Positions 9,973 to 20,375 of a DNA stretch of 64,000 bases are shown here, piece by piece. The notes beneath the pieces were generated by a model that made no database searches, was not told the origin of the DNA, and saw nothing but the letters and a program-made list of their open reading frames with translations. The stretch is from assembly GCA_044229975.1 (NCBI GenBank), contig JBGARZ010000004.1, forward strand, positions 288,001 through 352,000, written 5' to 3'. The position numbers were made by a program, and so were the translations under genes. The DNA comes from Polyangiales bacterium. GTDB lineage: Bacteria > Myxococcota_A > Polyangia > Polyangiales > Ga0077539. Each line of letters begins with the position of its first letter. The first letter of the stretch is position 1.

Positions 9973-10966
9973 CGCGCAGCACCCGCCTCGCGAGCTCGGC
10001 TTCGCGCGTCCGGTGTTCGTATCCCTCCGGCCGGTCGCCCGCCGGGTACGCCAGAAACGCCGCCACCACCCGGTCGATGTATTGCCACAACGGTGTCGGT
10101 TGAAACCCCAGCTCCGCCTTCGCCTTCGCCCCATCCATGAACGACATCCACCGCTGCGTAAACGGCGACACCTCGCGCATCACGAGCCCCGCCGTCGTCA
10201 CCTGCTCCGTCGTCACGTCCACCAGCGTCGGCCGCGCGCCCACGCGCTCGGCCATCCCCTCCAGCAGCTCGCGCAGCGTCGGCGTCTCGTCCTGCACGAT
10301 GTTGTACGCCTGCCCGTAGGTCCGCTCGTCGCCCAGCATCGCCGCGACCGCGCGCGCCACGTCCTCGCTGTACACGTGCCGCATCGGCGTCCCCCCACCA
10401 TCCGGCAGCAGCACCTCCGCGCCATCGAGCAGGCGCCACAGGTACGACTCCACCCGTCGCTGGTTGTCGCGCGGTCCGTTGACCACCGGGATGCGAACGC
10501 GCGTCGCCCGCACCTTGTCGGCGCTCACGATGTCCTCGCACAGCCGCTTGCCGTGGCCGTAGTCCCACTGCGGCCCGTCGGTGTCGTCCGCGGGGCGCGC
10601 CATCACCGGGCCGTCGTAGTCGCTCTCCTTCGCGGGGCGCGGACAGCCCTCGCGCACGAGGTACACCTGCCCCGTGGAGATCATCACGTAGTGACCCAGC
10701 GCGTCGCGCAGGGTGGTCCCCACGAGCGGCTCGACGTCCGATGGTTCGTACGCCCCGAAGTCCACCGTGGCGTCGAACTCGCGCCCCTTGAGGAGCGACG
10801 GCAGCACGCCCTTTGCGCGATCACCGAGGAGCGTCTCGACCCGGTCGGCGAAGGGCGGCGTCCGCGTCCCCCGATGGAACAGCGTCACCCGATGCCCGCC
10901 CGCCACCAGCCGCCACGCCAGCAGGTGTCCCATGAAGCGGGTCCCACCCAGGATCAACACCTTCAT
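9965..10966 (-). CDS. NAD-dependent epimerase/dehydratase
   Basis: MKVLILGGTRFMG Rossmann motif; YGHGK catalytic YxxxK. Confidence 0.9.
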   Translation of the reverse strand: MKVLILGGTRFMGHLLAWRLVAGGHRVTLFHRGTRTPPFADRVETLLGDRAKGVLPSLLKGREFDATVDFGAYEPSDVEPLVGTTLRDALGHYVMISTGQVYLVREGCPRPAKESDYDGPVMARPADDTDGPQWDYGHGKRLCEDIVSADKVRATRVRIPVVNGPRDNQRRVESYLWRLLDGAEVLLPDGGGTPMRHVYSEDVARAVAAMLGDERTYGQAYNIVQDETPTLRELLEGMAERVGARPTLVDVTTEQVTTAGLVMREVSPFTQRWMSFMDGAKAKAELGFQPTPLWQYIDRVVAAFLAYPAGDRPEGYEHRTREAELARRVLRDG

Positions 10967-11049
10967 CGTCACATCGACCTCCAGACCGGCGGTCGCGATG
11001 GCGCCGCGCGGCCCAGTGGTAGCGCGCCATGCGATACCTTGAAACGACG

Positions 11050-11823
11050 ATGAGCAACGCCAGCGACTGGTCACCCGAGGTCTACCGTCGCTTCGAGGAC
11101 GAGCGCACCCGCCCGGCGCGCGACCTCCTGGCGCAGGTTCCGATCGAGGCCCGCGGGCGGGTCGTCGACATGGGCTGCGGGCCGGGCAACTCGACCGAGC
11201 TGCTGGTGGAGCGCTTCCCGGAGGCGACGGTGGTGGGACTCGACACGTCGCCGGCGATGCTGGCCGAGGCCCGCCAACGTGTACCGCGAGCGAGCTTCGC
11301 CGAGGCCGACGCCGCGACGTGGTTGCCCGACGCGGGGACCGACGTGCTCTTCGCCAACGCGATCTACCAGTGGGTGCCCGATCACCTCGCGGTGCTCACA
11401 AGACAACTGGCCGCGCTCGAGCCCGGCAGCGTGCTGGCGGTGCAGATGCCGGACAACTTCGCCGAGCCCACGCACGCGCTGATGAGGAAGGTCGCCGCCG
11501 CGGGACCGTGGGCTGAGCGCCTCCGTGACGCCGCGCGCGACCCGCTGCCTGCGGTGTCGGTCTACTACGACGCGCTGCGGCCGTGGGCGCGTCGGCTCGA
11601 CCTCTGGCACACGGTCTACAACCACGTTCTTGCCGACGCGGAGGCGGTGGTGCAGTGGGTGAGGGGAACCGGGCTGCGGCCGTTTCTCGACCCGCTCACG
11701 ACGGAGGAGCAGCGGGCGTTTCTCGACGACTACCAGCGGCGCATCGCCGCGGCGTACCCGGCCGCGCATGACGGCAAGGTGCTGCTGCGATTCCCGCGGT
11801 TGTTCGTGGTGGCAGTGCGCTGA
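11050..11823 (+). CDS. tam: Trans-aconitate 2-methyltransferase
   Basis: [55 protein letters not shown]. Confidence 0.93.
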   Translation: MSNASDWSPEVYRRFEDERTRPARDLLAQVPIEARGRVVDMGCGPGNSTELLVERFPEATVVGLDTSPAMLAEARQRVPRASFAEADAATWLPDAGTDVLFANAIYQWVPDHLAVLTRQLAALEPGSVLAVQMPDNFAEPTHALMRKVAAAGPWAERLRDAARDPLPAVSVYYDALRPWARRLDLWHTVYNHVLADAEAVVQWVRGTGLRPFLDPLTTEEQRAFLDDYQRRIAAAYPAAHDGKVLLRFPRLFVVAVR

Positions 11824-12018
11824 CGACACTGGCGGGCCCAGGCGTGCTCATGACGTGGTTGCGCGAAGGGGTTGCCACCCGGAATGGCAGGCTTTTGAGC
11901 CCCTGAACAAGCCCCACGGCGGCGTGGGATCAATACGTACGGGTGAGCCGCAATTGGGGAAACCCCCGCGGCATCTCGCTCGCCCTGGACGCAGGGCCGG
12001 ACGTGCTGCCCGCTGCAC

Positions 12019-12205
12019 ACCCCTCGCACCGCCCCTTCGACGACCCTCGCCCGCCGTTCTGACCCCTCGCACCGCCCTCCCATCGTCCGTCGTCGCCCGC
12101 TTCGACCCCTCGCACCACCCCGTTTTCGCCCTCAACCACCATCTGCCGACGGCTGCTACCGGTCCCATTCGCAGCAACCCGTCTCTCGCGACGGCTCGCA
12201 CCGCT
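12019..12205. repeat. Phased degenerate repeats with a period of about 43 bp
   Basis: ACCCCTCGCACC at 12019, 12062 and 12105; variants ACGGCTGCTACC at 12149 and ACGGCTCGCACC at 12191. Confidence 0.7.
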
Positions 12206-12345
12206 TCGTCGAACCAGCGCACGTCTTCCAGAATTCGGTCGCGCCCCCGAAACATCCCTCCGCCCTCGTTCCGAGAAGGCAGCGCGCGCTGATCCACGGC
12301 ATCGCGCACCCCTCCAATCCCCCTTCGACCGTGAACGAGGCCCCC

Positions 12346-13173
12346 ATGAAGAACTCCCGCACCCAGTCGACCGCCCCCTCCACCACCACCTCCTCCACCA
12401 CCGCTCCCGCCCCGCGCGGTCGCGTCGCCCTGGAGGCCCTGCGCGCCGCCATGGCCGCCCTCGCGCCCGAGACGTTGCACCCCATCAACGTCGACATCCC
12501 GCACGCCGTCTCCCGCGCCCTCGGCGTCGCCCCGACGCTGCGCTCCCTCCGCCCGCGCATCGTCGCCGAGTGCCCCGCCGTCGACCTCGACGCCATCGAC
12601 GCCATCGAGACCCGCGCGCTCGCGGTCGAGTACGCCCACGCGGTCTACGTCACTGCGCTCTCGCCGCTCCCCATCGTCGCCAAGGTCGCCGCCGACGCCA
12701 CCGGAGCTCGCACCCGCCTGCTCTCGCTCGCCAGCAACCTCGTCATCTGGGAACTCCTCAAACCCAGCACCCTCGAACACATCCCCTCCGGCAAGGCGTA
12801 CCTCGACATCGCCAACGACCTCATCGCCCTCACCTCGCTCTTGCGCGCCCAGGCGAAGTTGCTCGAAGGCAAGGTTCCCGTCACGCCCGCGCAGCTCGAT
12901 GCCTGGCACCTGCTCGGCGAGCGCCTGCTCCAGCTCGTGGGCGAGCGCGAGGAGCAGCCCCCGCTCGCCGCGCAGGCTCACGCCGACCGCCAGCGCGCCT
13001 TCGCTCTCTTCGACCGCGCCTACGAGGAAGGCCGCCGCGTCGTCGCCTTCCTCCGCTGGCACGACGGCGACGCCGACACGCTCATGCCCTCCATCCGCTC
13101 CCGCGGTGGCGGCGGCTCTCCCCGCCGTGACGAGGAACCCCCCGCCGACCCGACGCCCGACGACCCGGTCTAG
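12346..13173 (+). CDS. All-helical hypothetical protein
   Basis: GAGG SD; strong GC3; motifs YLDIANDL and RAFALFDRAYEEGRRVVAFLRWHDGDAD. Confidence 0.8.
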   Translation: MKNSRTQSTAPSTTTSSTTAPAPRGRVALEALRAAMAALAPETLHPINVDIPHAVSRALGVAPTLRSLRPRIVAECPAVDLDAIDAIETRALAVEYAHAVYVTALSPLPIVAKVAADATGARTRLLSLASNLVIWELLKPSTLEHIPSGKAYLDIANDLIALTSLLRAQAKLLEGKVPVTPAQLDAWHLLGERLLQLVGEREEQPPLAAQAHADRQRAFALFDRAYEEGRRVVAFLRWHDGDADTLMPSIRSRGGGGSPRRDEEPPADPTPDDPV

Positions 13174-14693
13174 ACGCTCCCCTCCCGCAGCCACTCGCCA
13201 AAGCGCTCGCCGATCATCAGCGTCGGCAGGTGCGTGTTGGCCGTCGGCACCGTCGGCATCAGGCTCGCATCCGCGACCATCAACCCCTCCGTCCCGCGCA
13301 CCCGCCCGTAGCCGTCCGTCGCCGCGTCCGCGTCGTAGTCGGCCCCCATCGGAACCGTCCCGCACGGGTGATACCCCGAGTCGCAGAACGCCCAGATCCA
13401 CCGGCTGAACCGCTCGCTCCGCAGCACCCCCGGCGGCGGCCACACCACCGTCGCGAGGTCCTTCATCACGGGCGTCTCCACCATGGTGCGACCCACCTCC
13501 AGCGCCTCCAGCGCCCGCGCCCGATCGGTCGGGTGGTCGAGGATGCGCGACTCGATCACCGGCTTCGCCCGCACGTCTGCGCTCGGATACCGGATGAGCC
13601 CGTGCCCCTCGGGCTTGCCCACCTGACACATCACCCCGACCAGCGGCAGGCTCATCGTCGGCAGCAGCACCGCCGACCCTGCCTGGAGTTGCAGGTCGTT
13701 TTCGTGCGCGCCGTCCTTCGAGCGCCACCGCAACACCGTCTGGATCAACGGGTGCGACAGCGAGCACACCCCCTTCTTCGGCCACATGAAGAACGCCGCG
13801 CCCGGGTGATCCAACAGCTTCGCTGCCACCGCCCGCACGTCCGACACCATCTCCACGCCCAGCCGATCGAGCTCCGCCTTCGGACCAACCCCCGAGCGCA
13901 GCAGCACTCCCGGCGTGGCGATGGCCCCGGCGCACAGCACCACCCGCTTCGCCCTGATGCGATACACCGCGCCGCCTGGGTGCTCCACCTCGACGCCCAC
14001 CACGCGCCGCCCCTCGAAGAGCACCCGACGCACCAGGGTGTTGGGCCGGATGGTGAGGTTGGGCCGCCGCCGAACCTCCCGCGTCAGGTAGCAGCGCGCC
14101 GCGCTCATGCGCTCGCCGTTGATCTTGTTCATGGCGTGGGGGGCGTACCCGCGCGCCTCGGGGTGGTTGGTGTCGTCGCAGCGGGGCATCCCGATGGCAG
14201 CCGCGCCTTCGAGAAAGGCCGCCTGCCACGGCACCAGCTCGTCGGGCGTGTGTCGGCGCAGTGGCACTGGCCCACTGGCACCGTGCCACTCGTCGTGTCG
14301 GTCGAGGTCCGTCTCCAGCCGCTTGAACGCGGGCAGACAGTCCGCCCAGCCCCAGTGTTTCAAGCCCCGGGCCGCCCACTCGTCGTAGTCCGACGGAACA
14401 CCCCGCAGCGCGATGCACGTGTTGACCGCCGACGACCCGCCGACGACCTTTCCCCGCGGCAACGGAAACTTCATCTGCCGGGCGTTGGGCTTGTGCTCGT
14501 ACCCCCAGTCGTGGGCCTTCAGGGAGTTGCGGGTGCCGTCGCGCAGATCCTGCGGGAGGTCCGCCGGGCTCGCGTAGTCGGGGCCCGCTTCGAGCAGCAG
14601 CACCTCCCGGTCGGAGCGCTCCGTCATCCGCGCCGCGATCACCGCACCTGCTGCCCCGGCGCCTACCACCACCGTATCGAAATGCTCACTCAC
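13170..14693 (-). CDS. GMC oxidoreductase (choline dehydrogenase-like)
   Basis: VVGAGAAG, LLLEAG, PRGKVVGGSSAVN, YHPCGTVPMG, VADASLMP...ANT; GTG start inferred. Confidence 0.92.
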   Translation of the reverse strand: MSEHFDTVVVGAGAAGAVIAARMTERSDREVLLLEAGPDYASPADLPQDLRDGTRNSLKAHDWGYEHKPNARQMKFPLPRGKVVGGSSAVNTCIALRGVPSDYDEWAARGLKHWGWADCLPAFKRLETDLDRHDEWHGASGPVPLRRHTPDELVPWQAAFLEGAAAIGMPRCDDTNHPEARGYAPHAMNKINGERMSAARCYLTREVRRRPNLTIRPNTLVRRVLFEGRRVVGVEVEHPGGAVYRIRAKRVVLCAGAIATPGVLLRSGVGPKAELDRLGVEMVSDVRAVAAKLLDHPGAAFFMWPKKGVCSLSHPLIQTVLRWRSKDGAHENDLQLQAGSAVLLPTMSLPLVGVMCQVGKPEGHGLIRYPSADVRAKPVIESRILDHPTDRARALEALEVGRTMVETPVMKDLATVVWPPPGVLRSERFSRWIWAFCDSGYHPCGTVPMGADYDADAATDGYGRVRGTEGLMVADASLMPTVPTANTHLPTLMIGERFGEWLREGSV

Positions 14694-14934
14694 GACCGGT
14701 GGCTGTCGCACAGCCTTGCAACGGTGCTCAACCACTTTCGCAACCACCGCCCGTGGGCTCACGCAACCGTTGCGCGAGCCCTCCGCCCGGCCACGAAACA
14801 AGTGCCGCCCAACCCGAGCATCAAGAGGGTGGCGTGCGAGCGAACGGCGCGTGGCACCCACCATGCACAGGCGTCGATCGCGTCGGAGGGAGTCGTCATC
14901 GACCGCCCTCGAAGCGACGCACAGGAGTCACGCC

Positions 14935-15741
14935 ATGGGATCGCTCGGATCGGTCACTGCGCTCGAGGCCTATCGACACTCACTCGCCGGGGTTGCGCCC
15001 CTCTCGGCAGAAGAAGAACGGGTGATGGCGCTGCGCTGGCGCCACGGTGACCAGCGTGCGGGACAGCGTCTGATCGAGTCGAGCCTGCCCTTCGTCATCA
15101 CGGTCGCGACCGAGTACCGGCGCTGGGGGGTTCCGCTGGAGGACCTCATCCAGCAGGGCAACCTGGGGCTGCTCAAGGGCGCGATGCGCTACGAGGCCGA
15201 GCGCGACTGCCGGCTCATCACCTACGCCGTGTACTGGATCCGCGCCGAGATCCGCGAGTACGTGGTGAAGGCGTACCGCCTCGTCCGCATCGGCGGCAGC
15301 AAGGGCGAGCGGCGCGCGCTCCGGGCCTACCGTCGCACCCGCGAGGACGACCCCCAGAAGCTCTCGGAGATGTCGGGCGTCCCCGTCGAGCGCATCGAGA
15401 GACTGCTGCCGATGCTGAAGCAGCGCGACGTCTCGCTCGACGCCTCCATCGACGGAGAGTCCCCCGCGGTCGATCGCCTGCGCGACCCCGGTGACTCACC
15501 CGAGGAGCTCGCCGACCAGCACTCCGTCGCCGACTCCCGCCGCGACCGCATCGAGCTGGCGCTGAGCGCCCTCAACGACCGCGAGCGCTGGATCATCGAG
15601 CGCCGCGTGCTGAGCGAGGACGACGTGACGCTGGAGTCGCTCGGCCAGGTGCTCGGCATCTCCAAGGAGCGCGTTCGTCAGATCGAGGCCCGCGCGCTGG
15701 AGAAGCTCCGCGGCAACCTCAGCGACCTCGCCGCAGCCTGA
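14935..15741 (+). CDS. RNA polymerase sigma factor, sigma32/RpoH-related, with a degenerate RpoH box
   Basis: AGGAG SD; DLIQQGNLGLLKG, RLITYAVYWIRAEI, DVSLD, LGISKERVRQIEARALEKL. Confidence 0.9.
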   Translation: MGSLGSVTALEAYRHSLAGVAPLSAEEERVMALRWRHGDQRAGQRLIESSLPFVITVATEYRRWGVPLEDLIQQGNLGLLKGAMRYEAERDCRLITYAVYWIRAEIREYVVKAYRLVRIGGSKGERRALRAYRRTREDDPQKLSEMSGVPVERIERLLPMLKQRDVSLDASIDGESPAVDRLRDPGDSPEELADQHSVADSRRDRIELALSALNDRERWIIERRVLSEDDVTLESLGQVLGISKERVRQIEARALEKLRGNLSDLAAA

Positions 15742-15817
15742 GCCTCACCCACCACCCGGTGGTCGATGGTGTACACGGGAAGCCCGCGCGCTCCCGACTC
15801 GTTGCACCACCCACCCG

Positions 15818-17092
15818 ATGTCCCCTTCCACTCGTCGCTCACCCTGGCTCCCGCTCACGGCGTCGCTCCTCGTCGCGTGTGTCGCCGAGGAGGAGCCCAC
15901 CCCCGGCTGCACCCCGACCGAGCTCGCGACGCCGCCCACCTGCGAGACATGGCCGTCGCTCTGTGGGCTTCGCCTCCAGTCCGACATCCGCCGCCCTGAC
16001 GTGGAACGTGCGGTCGACGTGGTGTTCATCCCCGAGGGCTTCGCCGCCGACGAGATGGGCGCCTTCCACGAGCGCGTGACCGGGCTCCTCGCCGACCTCG
16101 AAGACGACCGCGGCACCATCCTCGGCCGCGAGCCCTCGCTCTTCAACCGCCACACCCTCGACCTCGCCTCCTCCACCGGAACCGTCTCCGACCCCGACCC
16201 CCACAACACCCCGCTGCACGGCTGCTTCCAGCGCGACACGCTCGACCCCAACGGAACCCCTCTGCTCGCGGTGCAGCCCGAGCTCGCGATCTTCGCCGCG
16301 CGCCAGGCCGTGCCCTCGGTCGATGTCGTCGTGGTGGTGTTCAACACGAGCGGCGGGCGCATCAACGCGCCTCGTACGGTGGAGCCATTCTCGCCGGTCG
16401 GGCTCGTGGCCTTCGACCTCGGCGCCGACGCCCAGGTGCTCGACCACGAGCTCGGCCACGCGCTGGTGCACCTCGGCGACGAGTACAGCGACGTCCCCGG
16501 GTGCTTCGGCGACGACGACAACCGGCCGCCCGCCCCGTATGCCCCCGGCGACTGGTGGAACACCCTGGCCTTCGTCCCCAACCTCACGACCGACGCGAGC
16601 GGTGCACGGTGGCGTGGTCTCGTCACGGGTGCTCTCGTCGGCGGCCGTCGCTACCAGGGCTGCGTCTACCACCCGACGGCTCGTTGCCGCATGGGCGACG
16701 ACGCGTCGCAGCCGTTCTGCCCGGTGTGCGAGGCCGCCATCGCGCGCACGCTGCGGCGCTACCGCGACGGCGTCGACGAGACCCCGCCCGCCTGCGGGCT
16801 CTATGTGGCTGCGTCCCAGGGTGATCGCTTCGCGGTGTGTCCACGGGCCGTGGCCTTCACCGGCGCCGCGCGCTTCAGCGTGAGGGGGCCCAGTGACGAG
16901 GTGCTGCTCGATGGGGTCAGCGAGGTCGCCGTGGCCCCGACACAGCCCTCGCTGATGCTCGGTCGGGGCTGCGCTCAGGTCGACGCGAGCGCCTGGAGCG
17001 AGGGGGAGCACAGCGTCCGCATCGAGTGCCGCAACGCCGCGGACGTGCGCGCGACCAACGCTCTCACGCTGACGGTGCGTCACGGGCCGTGA
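15818..17092 (+). CDS. M64 (IgA peptidase-like) metallopeptidase lipoprotein
   Basis: Lipobox LVAC; VVFIPEGF; HELGHALVHLGDEY; YHP...CRM...FCPVC. Confidence 0.85.
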   Translation: MSPSTRRSPWLPLTASLLVACVAEEEPTPGCTPTELATPPTCETWPSLCGLRLQSDIRRPDVERAVDVVFIPEGFAADEMGAFHERVTGLLADLEDDRGTILGREPSLFNRHTLDLASSTGTVSDPDPHNTPLHGCFQRDTLDPNGTPLLAVQPELAIFAARQAVPSVDVVVVVFNTSGGRINAPRTVEPFSPVGLVAFDLGADAQVLDHELGHALVHLGDEYSDVPGCFGDDDNRPPAPYAPGDWWNTLAFVPNLTTDASGARWRGLVTGALVGGRRYQGCVYHPTARCRMGDDASQPFCPVCEAAIARTLRRYRDGVDETPPACGLYVAASQGDRFAVCPRAVAFTGAARFSVRGPSDEVLLDGVSEVAVAPTQPSLMLGRGCAQVDASAWSEGEHSVRIECRNAADVRATNALTLTVRHGP

Positions 17093-17119
17093 GCGGGGCA
17101 GTGCGTCGACGGGCGTTCG

Positions 17120-18340
17120 GTGGCATCCACTAAGCCCGTGGAACCCGACGAGATCGTCGTGCGCGGCGTCGCCGTGGAGTGGCGGCTCCCGTGGCTTGGG
17201 TTGGCCATCACCGCGGCGGTGCTCGCCGTCCTCGTCACGGTTGGGTTGATCGCGGGCGAAGGGGCCGTGTGCGGAATCGTCGCAGTGGCGCTGATCGCTT
17301 CGGCAGTGACTGTTCCCCTCCTCGAATGGCGGAAGGATCGGATGACGCTGCGGGTGACACGCGCGGGTGTCCGTCTCGGCGAGGGGAAGACCGAGCGCTT
17401 CATCTCGCGCGAGTCCATGCGGCGGGTGCTCGTCCTACCAGACGAGCGCGACGTGACGCTGCTGATCGAGGTGGGTTGGGAGCGCATCCTGCTCAAGCTC
17501 CCGAGGCCCATCGAACGCGGGCTCGCGACCGCCAGACAGTGCGTCGAACGCCTGGAGATGGCGCCTCACCAGCGAGTGTTGGTGTTTCGCGACTTCGTCG
17601 GCCTGGCGCGTTGGGTCACGACGGGTGTGCTGGGGCTCCCGCTGGGCATCGTCGCCGCCCTGTGTGTGGGTGCGATGGTGGGACCCGCGCTGCCGCGCGC
17701 GGTGTCGTGGGTCGTGGGCGCGCTCGAGGTGTGGGCGTTTAGCCGGGTGGTGCGCCCCACCGATGTGGTGATCGGCGCCGATGGCATGGAGCTTCGTGGG
17801 ATCTGGCGAACGCGGTTCTTCTCCTTCGCGACCCTGCACGGAGTGGCCTGGCCGATGCCCGGCAGCGAGCTGGAGGTGAGGGAGATCGGCGTTGTCACGA
17901 CGCGCTATGGGTGGACGTCGCTGGTCGACGACGATGAGGGACGGCGCGGGTTTGCCTTCGCGCTCGATTGGGCGCGCGAGCGGTACACCGCGCGTCGGCG
18001 CGAGTCGGAGCTGGCGCCGCTGCTGACAAGGGGTGATCGCACGTTGGCGGCGTGGCGGTCGTCGCTGCATGAGCTCGCCCAGGGAGGAGCGGCGTATCGC
18101 GCGTCGGCCCTCGATGGTGACGAGGTCGCGCGGCTGCTGGACGACCCGTCGGCCGAGGGAGAGTCGCGCGTCGGGGCGGCGCTGGTGCTGACCGCCGAAC
18201 CATCCTCGGAAGCGTCGACGCGGGTGCGGGTGGCAGCCGAGGCGTGCGCCCACGCGCCGACGCGGGTGGCGCTGGAGCGGGTGGCGGAGGGAACGCTCGA
18301 CGACGCGGCGCTGGTCGCGTTGGCGAGGGCCCGCCGCTGA
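17120..18340 (+). CDS. Membrane protein with PH-like segments and a C-terminal helical domain
   Basis: Four hydrophobic segments; C-terminal AYRASA...LLDDPSA...RVGAAL...RVRVAAEA. Confidence 0.7.
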   Translation: MASTKPVEPDEIVVRGVAVEWRLPWLGLAITAAVLAVLVTVGLIAGEGAVCGIVAVALIASAVTVPLLEWRKDRMTLRVTRAGVRLGEGKTERFISRESMRRVLVLPDERDVTLLIEVGWERILLKLPRPIERGLATARQCVERLEMAPHQRVLVFRDFVGLARWVTTGVLGLPLGIVAALCVGAMVGPALPRAVSWVVGALEVWAFSRVVRPTDVVIGADGMELRGIWRTRFFSFATLHGVAWPMPGSELEVREIGVVTTRYGWTSLVDDDEGRRGFAFALDWARERYTARRRESELAPLLTRGDRTLAAWRSSLHELAQGGAAYRASALDGDEVARLLDDPSAEGESRVGAALVLTAEPSSEASTRVRVAAEACAHAPTRVALERVAEGTLDDAALVALARARR

Positions 18341-18373
18341 TCTCGGACCTCGCTTGAGGTAATGCTCCCGTCG

Positions 18374-19228
18374 ATGACACCGCGCCGCGCCCCGCTGCTT
18401 CTCCCGCTCGCCTTCCTCGCCGTCGCCCCTGCGCTCCCCGCGCAGGAGCGCTCCGACACGCCGCCGCCCGCCGATCGTGTGCGCGTCGCGGCGGGGCCCT
18501 TCGTCATGGGCGACGACACCCGCGGCGAGCCCGACGAGCGCCCGCGGCACACCCGAACGCTCCCCGCCTTCGACATCGATCGCACCGAGGTCACGCGCGC
18601 CCACTACGAGCGCTGCGTCCGCGCCGGGCGGTGCACGTCGCCGCGACCGCTCGACGCGCGCTTCCGCGATGAGCGCCAACCCGTGGTCGGCGTGAGCTGG
18701 TTTCAGGCGACGGCGTACTGCGCGTGGGTCGGCGCCCGCCTGCCCACCGAGGCCGAGTGGGAGAAGGCCGCGCGTGGCAGCGACGGGCGCACCTTCCCGT
18801 GGGGCGAGACGTACCCCACGCTGCGCATGGCCACCTTCGGCCACGACGAACACACGGGGCACCCCGACCCCGTGGGCTCACACCCGGGCGCTCCCTCTCC
18901 CTGCGGCGCCCTCGACCTCTCGGGCAACGTCTGGGAGTGGGTCGCCGATCCGTACGATCCGTACGCCTACCGCGAGCCCACCGTCGAGCCCACCTGCGAG
19001 CGCGCCCTCGCTTCGCTGGCCGACCTCCGCGCCAACCGCGTGCGCGGCTTCACCGGCTCCAACCCGCTGCCCACCACCTGCGAGCGCGTCCTCCGCGGCG
19101 GCGGCTGGAACTACGGCGGCGCCGGCCTCCGCTCCTCCAACCGCGTTCATCATGCGCCCAGCTACCGACTGGTCATGTCGGGCTTCCGCTGCGCCGCTTC
19201 CGTCACCGCCGCAGCGCCGGGCTCGTGA
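18374..19228 (+). CDS. Secreted FGE-sulfatase (SUMF1/PvdO) domain protein
   Basis: FDIDRTEVT, PVVGVSW, RLPTEAEWEKAARG, DLSGNVWEWV, RVLRGG, GFRC. Confidence 0.92.
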   Translation: MTPRRAPLLLPLAFLAVAPALPAQERSDTPPPADRVRVAAGPFVMGDDTRGEPDERPRHTRTLPAFDIDRTEVTRAHYERCVRAGRCTSPRPLDARFRDERQPVVGVSWFQATAYCAWVGARLPTEAEWEKAARGSDGRTFPWGETYPTLRMATFGHDEHTGHPDPVGSHPGAPSPCGALDLSGNVWEWVADPYDPYAYREPTVEPTCERALASLADLRANRVRGFTGSNPLPTTCERVLRGGGWNYGGAGLRSSNRVHHAPSYRLVMSGFRCAASVTAAAPGS

Positions 19229-19514
19229 CCCACGCGTAGATCGCCGCGACCAGCACGGCCGCCGCCGCGCCCGCCGTCCGCAGCGTCGACACCCTCCACG
19301 CCGCGAGCCCCGCTTCGCCCGCCATGCTCAACGCGACGCCCAGCGCCACCGCGCGTCGTGCGCCGGTCGACGTCCGCTTCGCGACCCGCACGGTGCGCAG
19401 CGCGCCGAGCAGCGCGAGCGCCGCGCAGGCCAGCGTCACGTCGCCGCGGACCACCGCCAGCAGCCCCAGCAGCAGCGCGTCGACCAGCAGCGTGGACGCG
19501 AGCGGCGGAGGCAA
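19203..19514 (-). CDS. Small hydrophobic hypothetical protein downstream of infC
   Basis: Fills the gap after the infC stop; 3-4 hydrophobic stretches; TTG start. Confidence 0.4.
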   Translation of the reverse strand: MPPPLASTLLVDALLLGLLAVVRGDVTLACAALALLGALRTVRVAKRTSTGARRAVALGVALSMAGEAGLAAWRVSTLRTAGAAAAVLVAAIYAWVTSPALRR

Positions 19515-19521
19515 CCGGGGG

Positions 19522-20142
19522 TCAGTCCTTGTCGTCGTCGTCGTCGTCGTCGTCGTCGGGTTCGGCGGTAGCGGGGGTCGGGGGGCGCTTGATGGCGCCG
19601 GGGCGCGGCGCGATGAGCATCGTCATCGCCTTGCCTTCGAGGGCGGGGTTGCTCTCGATGATGATGAGCCCTTCGAGCGCCTTGATGACGTCGTCGAGCA
19701 CCTCGCGGCCCTTCTCGGGGTGCGTGATCTCGCGGCCGCGGAAGCGCACCGTCACCTTCGCCTTGTTGCCCTCTTCGAGGAAGCGACGGATGTGGCGGAC
19801 CTTCGTGGCGAGGTCGTGGTCGTCGGTCTTCGGGCGGACCTTGACCTCCTTGATCTCGACGACGGTCTGCTTCTTCCGCGCGTCGTTGGCGCGCTTCTTC
19901 TCCTCGTACTTGTACTTGCCGAAGTCCATGACCTTGCACACGGGCGGGTCGGCCTTCGGGTTGACTTCGACGAGGTCGAGGGACTCCGACTGTGCGAGCC
20001 GGAGCGCCTCCTGGCTGGTCATGATGCCGAGCTGTGTTCCGTCCGATCCGATGACTCGAACCTCGGGCACACGGATACGGTGGTTCACCCGCACCTGCGG
20101 TTGACGCTGCTGGTTTCGGTCGATGGGTCCCTTGAGCGCTAT
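19522..20142 (-). CDS. infC: Translation initiation factor IF-3 with an inferred AUA start and an acidic C-tail
   Basis: VNHRIRVPEVRVI, LDLVEVNP...PPVCKVMDFGKYKYE, KVTVRFRGREITH; AGGAG (20150-20154) lies 7 nt before an in-frame ATA at 20142. Confidence 0.95.
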   Translation of the reverse strand: MALKGPIDRNQQRQPQVRVNHRIRVPEVRVIGSDGTQLGIMTSQEALRLAQSESLDLVEVNPKADPPVCKVMDFGKYKYEEKKRANDARKKQTVVEIKEVKVRPKTDDHDLATKVRHIRRFLEEGNKAKVTVRFRGREITHPEKGREVLDDVIKALEGLIIIESNPALEGKAMTMLIAPRPGAIKRPPTPATAEPDDDDDDDDDKD

Positions 20143-20375
20143 CGGAATACTCCTGTGGTCGGGGGATCGGTCAGATCCCCACAATGGGTACGGCGGACAA
20201 CCCGCGGCGCGGATGGTGTTCGTGAACGGGTGCGACCGTCAACCCGGGCGCCCCACCATCGTTCGACCGCGCGGTCACGACGAGTGACCGAGGCGCAGTG
20301 ACGAGTGGGGGCGAAGCAACATCCCGGAAGGTCGAACCTGTGTGTGCAGAGAGGAGGGAGAGGGAGGGAATTCAG

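Noticed and set aside
12019..12205. CRISPR array
   Set aside because: Conserved unit is only 12-16 bp, degenerate and non-palindromic, and there are no cas genes
20143..20184. ORF-track start of infC at 20184
   Set aside because: No SD there; the SD at 20150-20154 points to ATA at 20142
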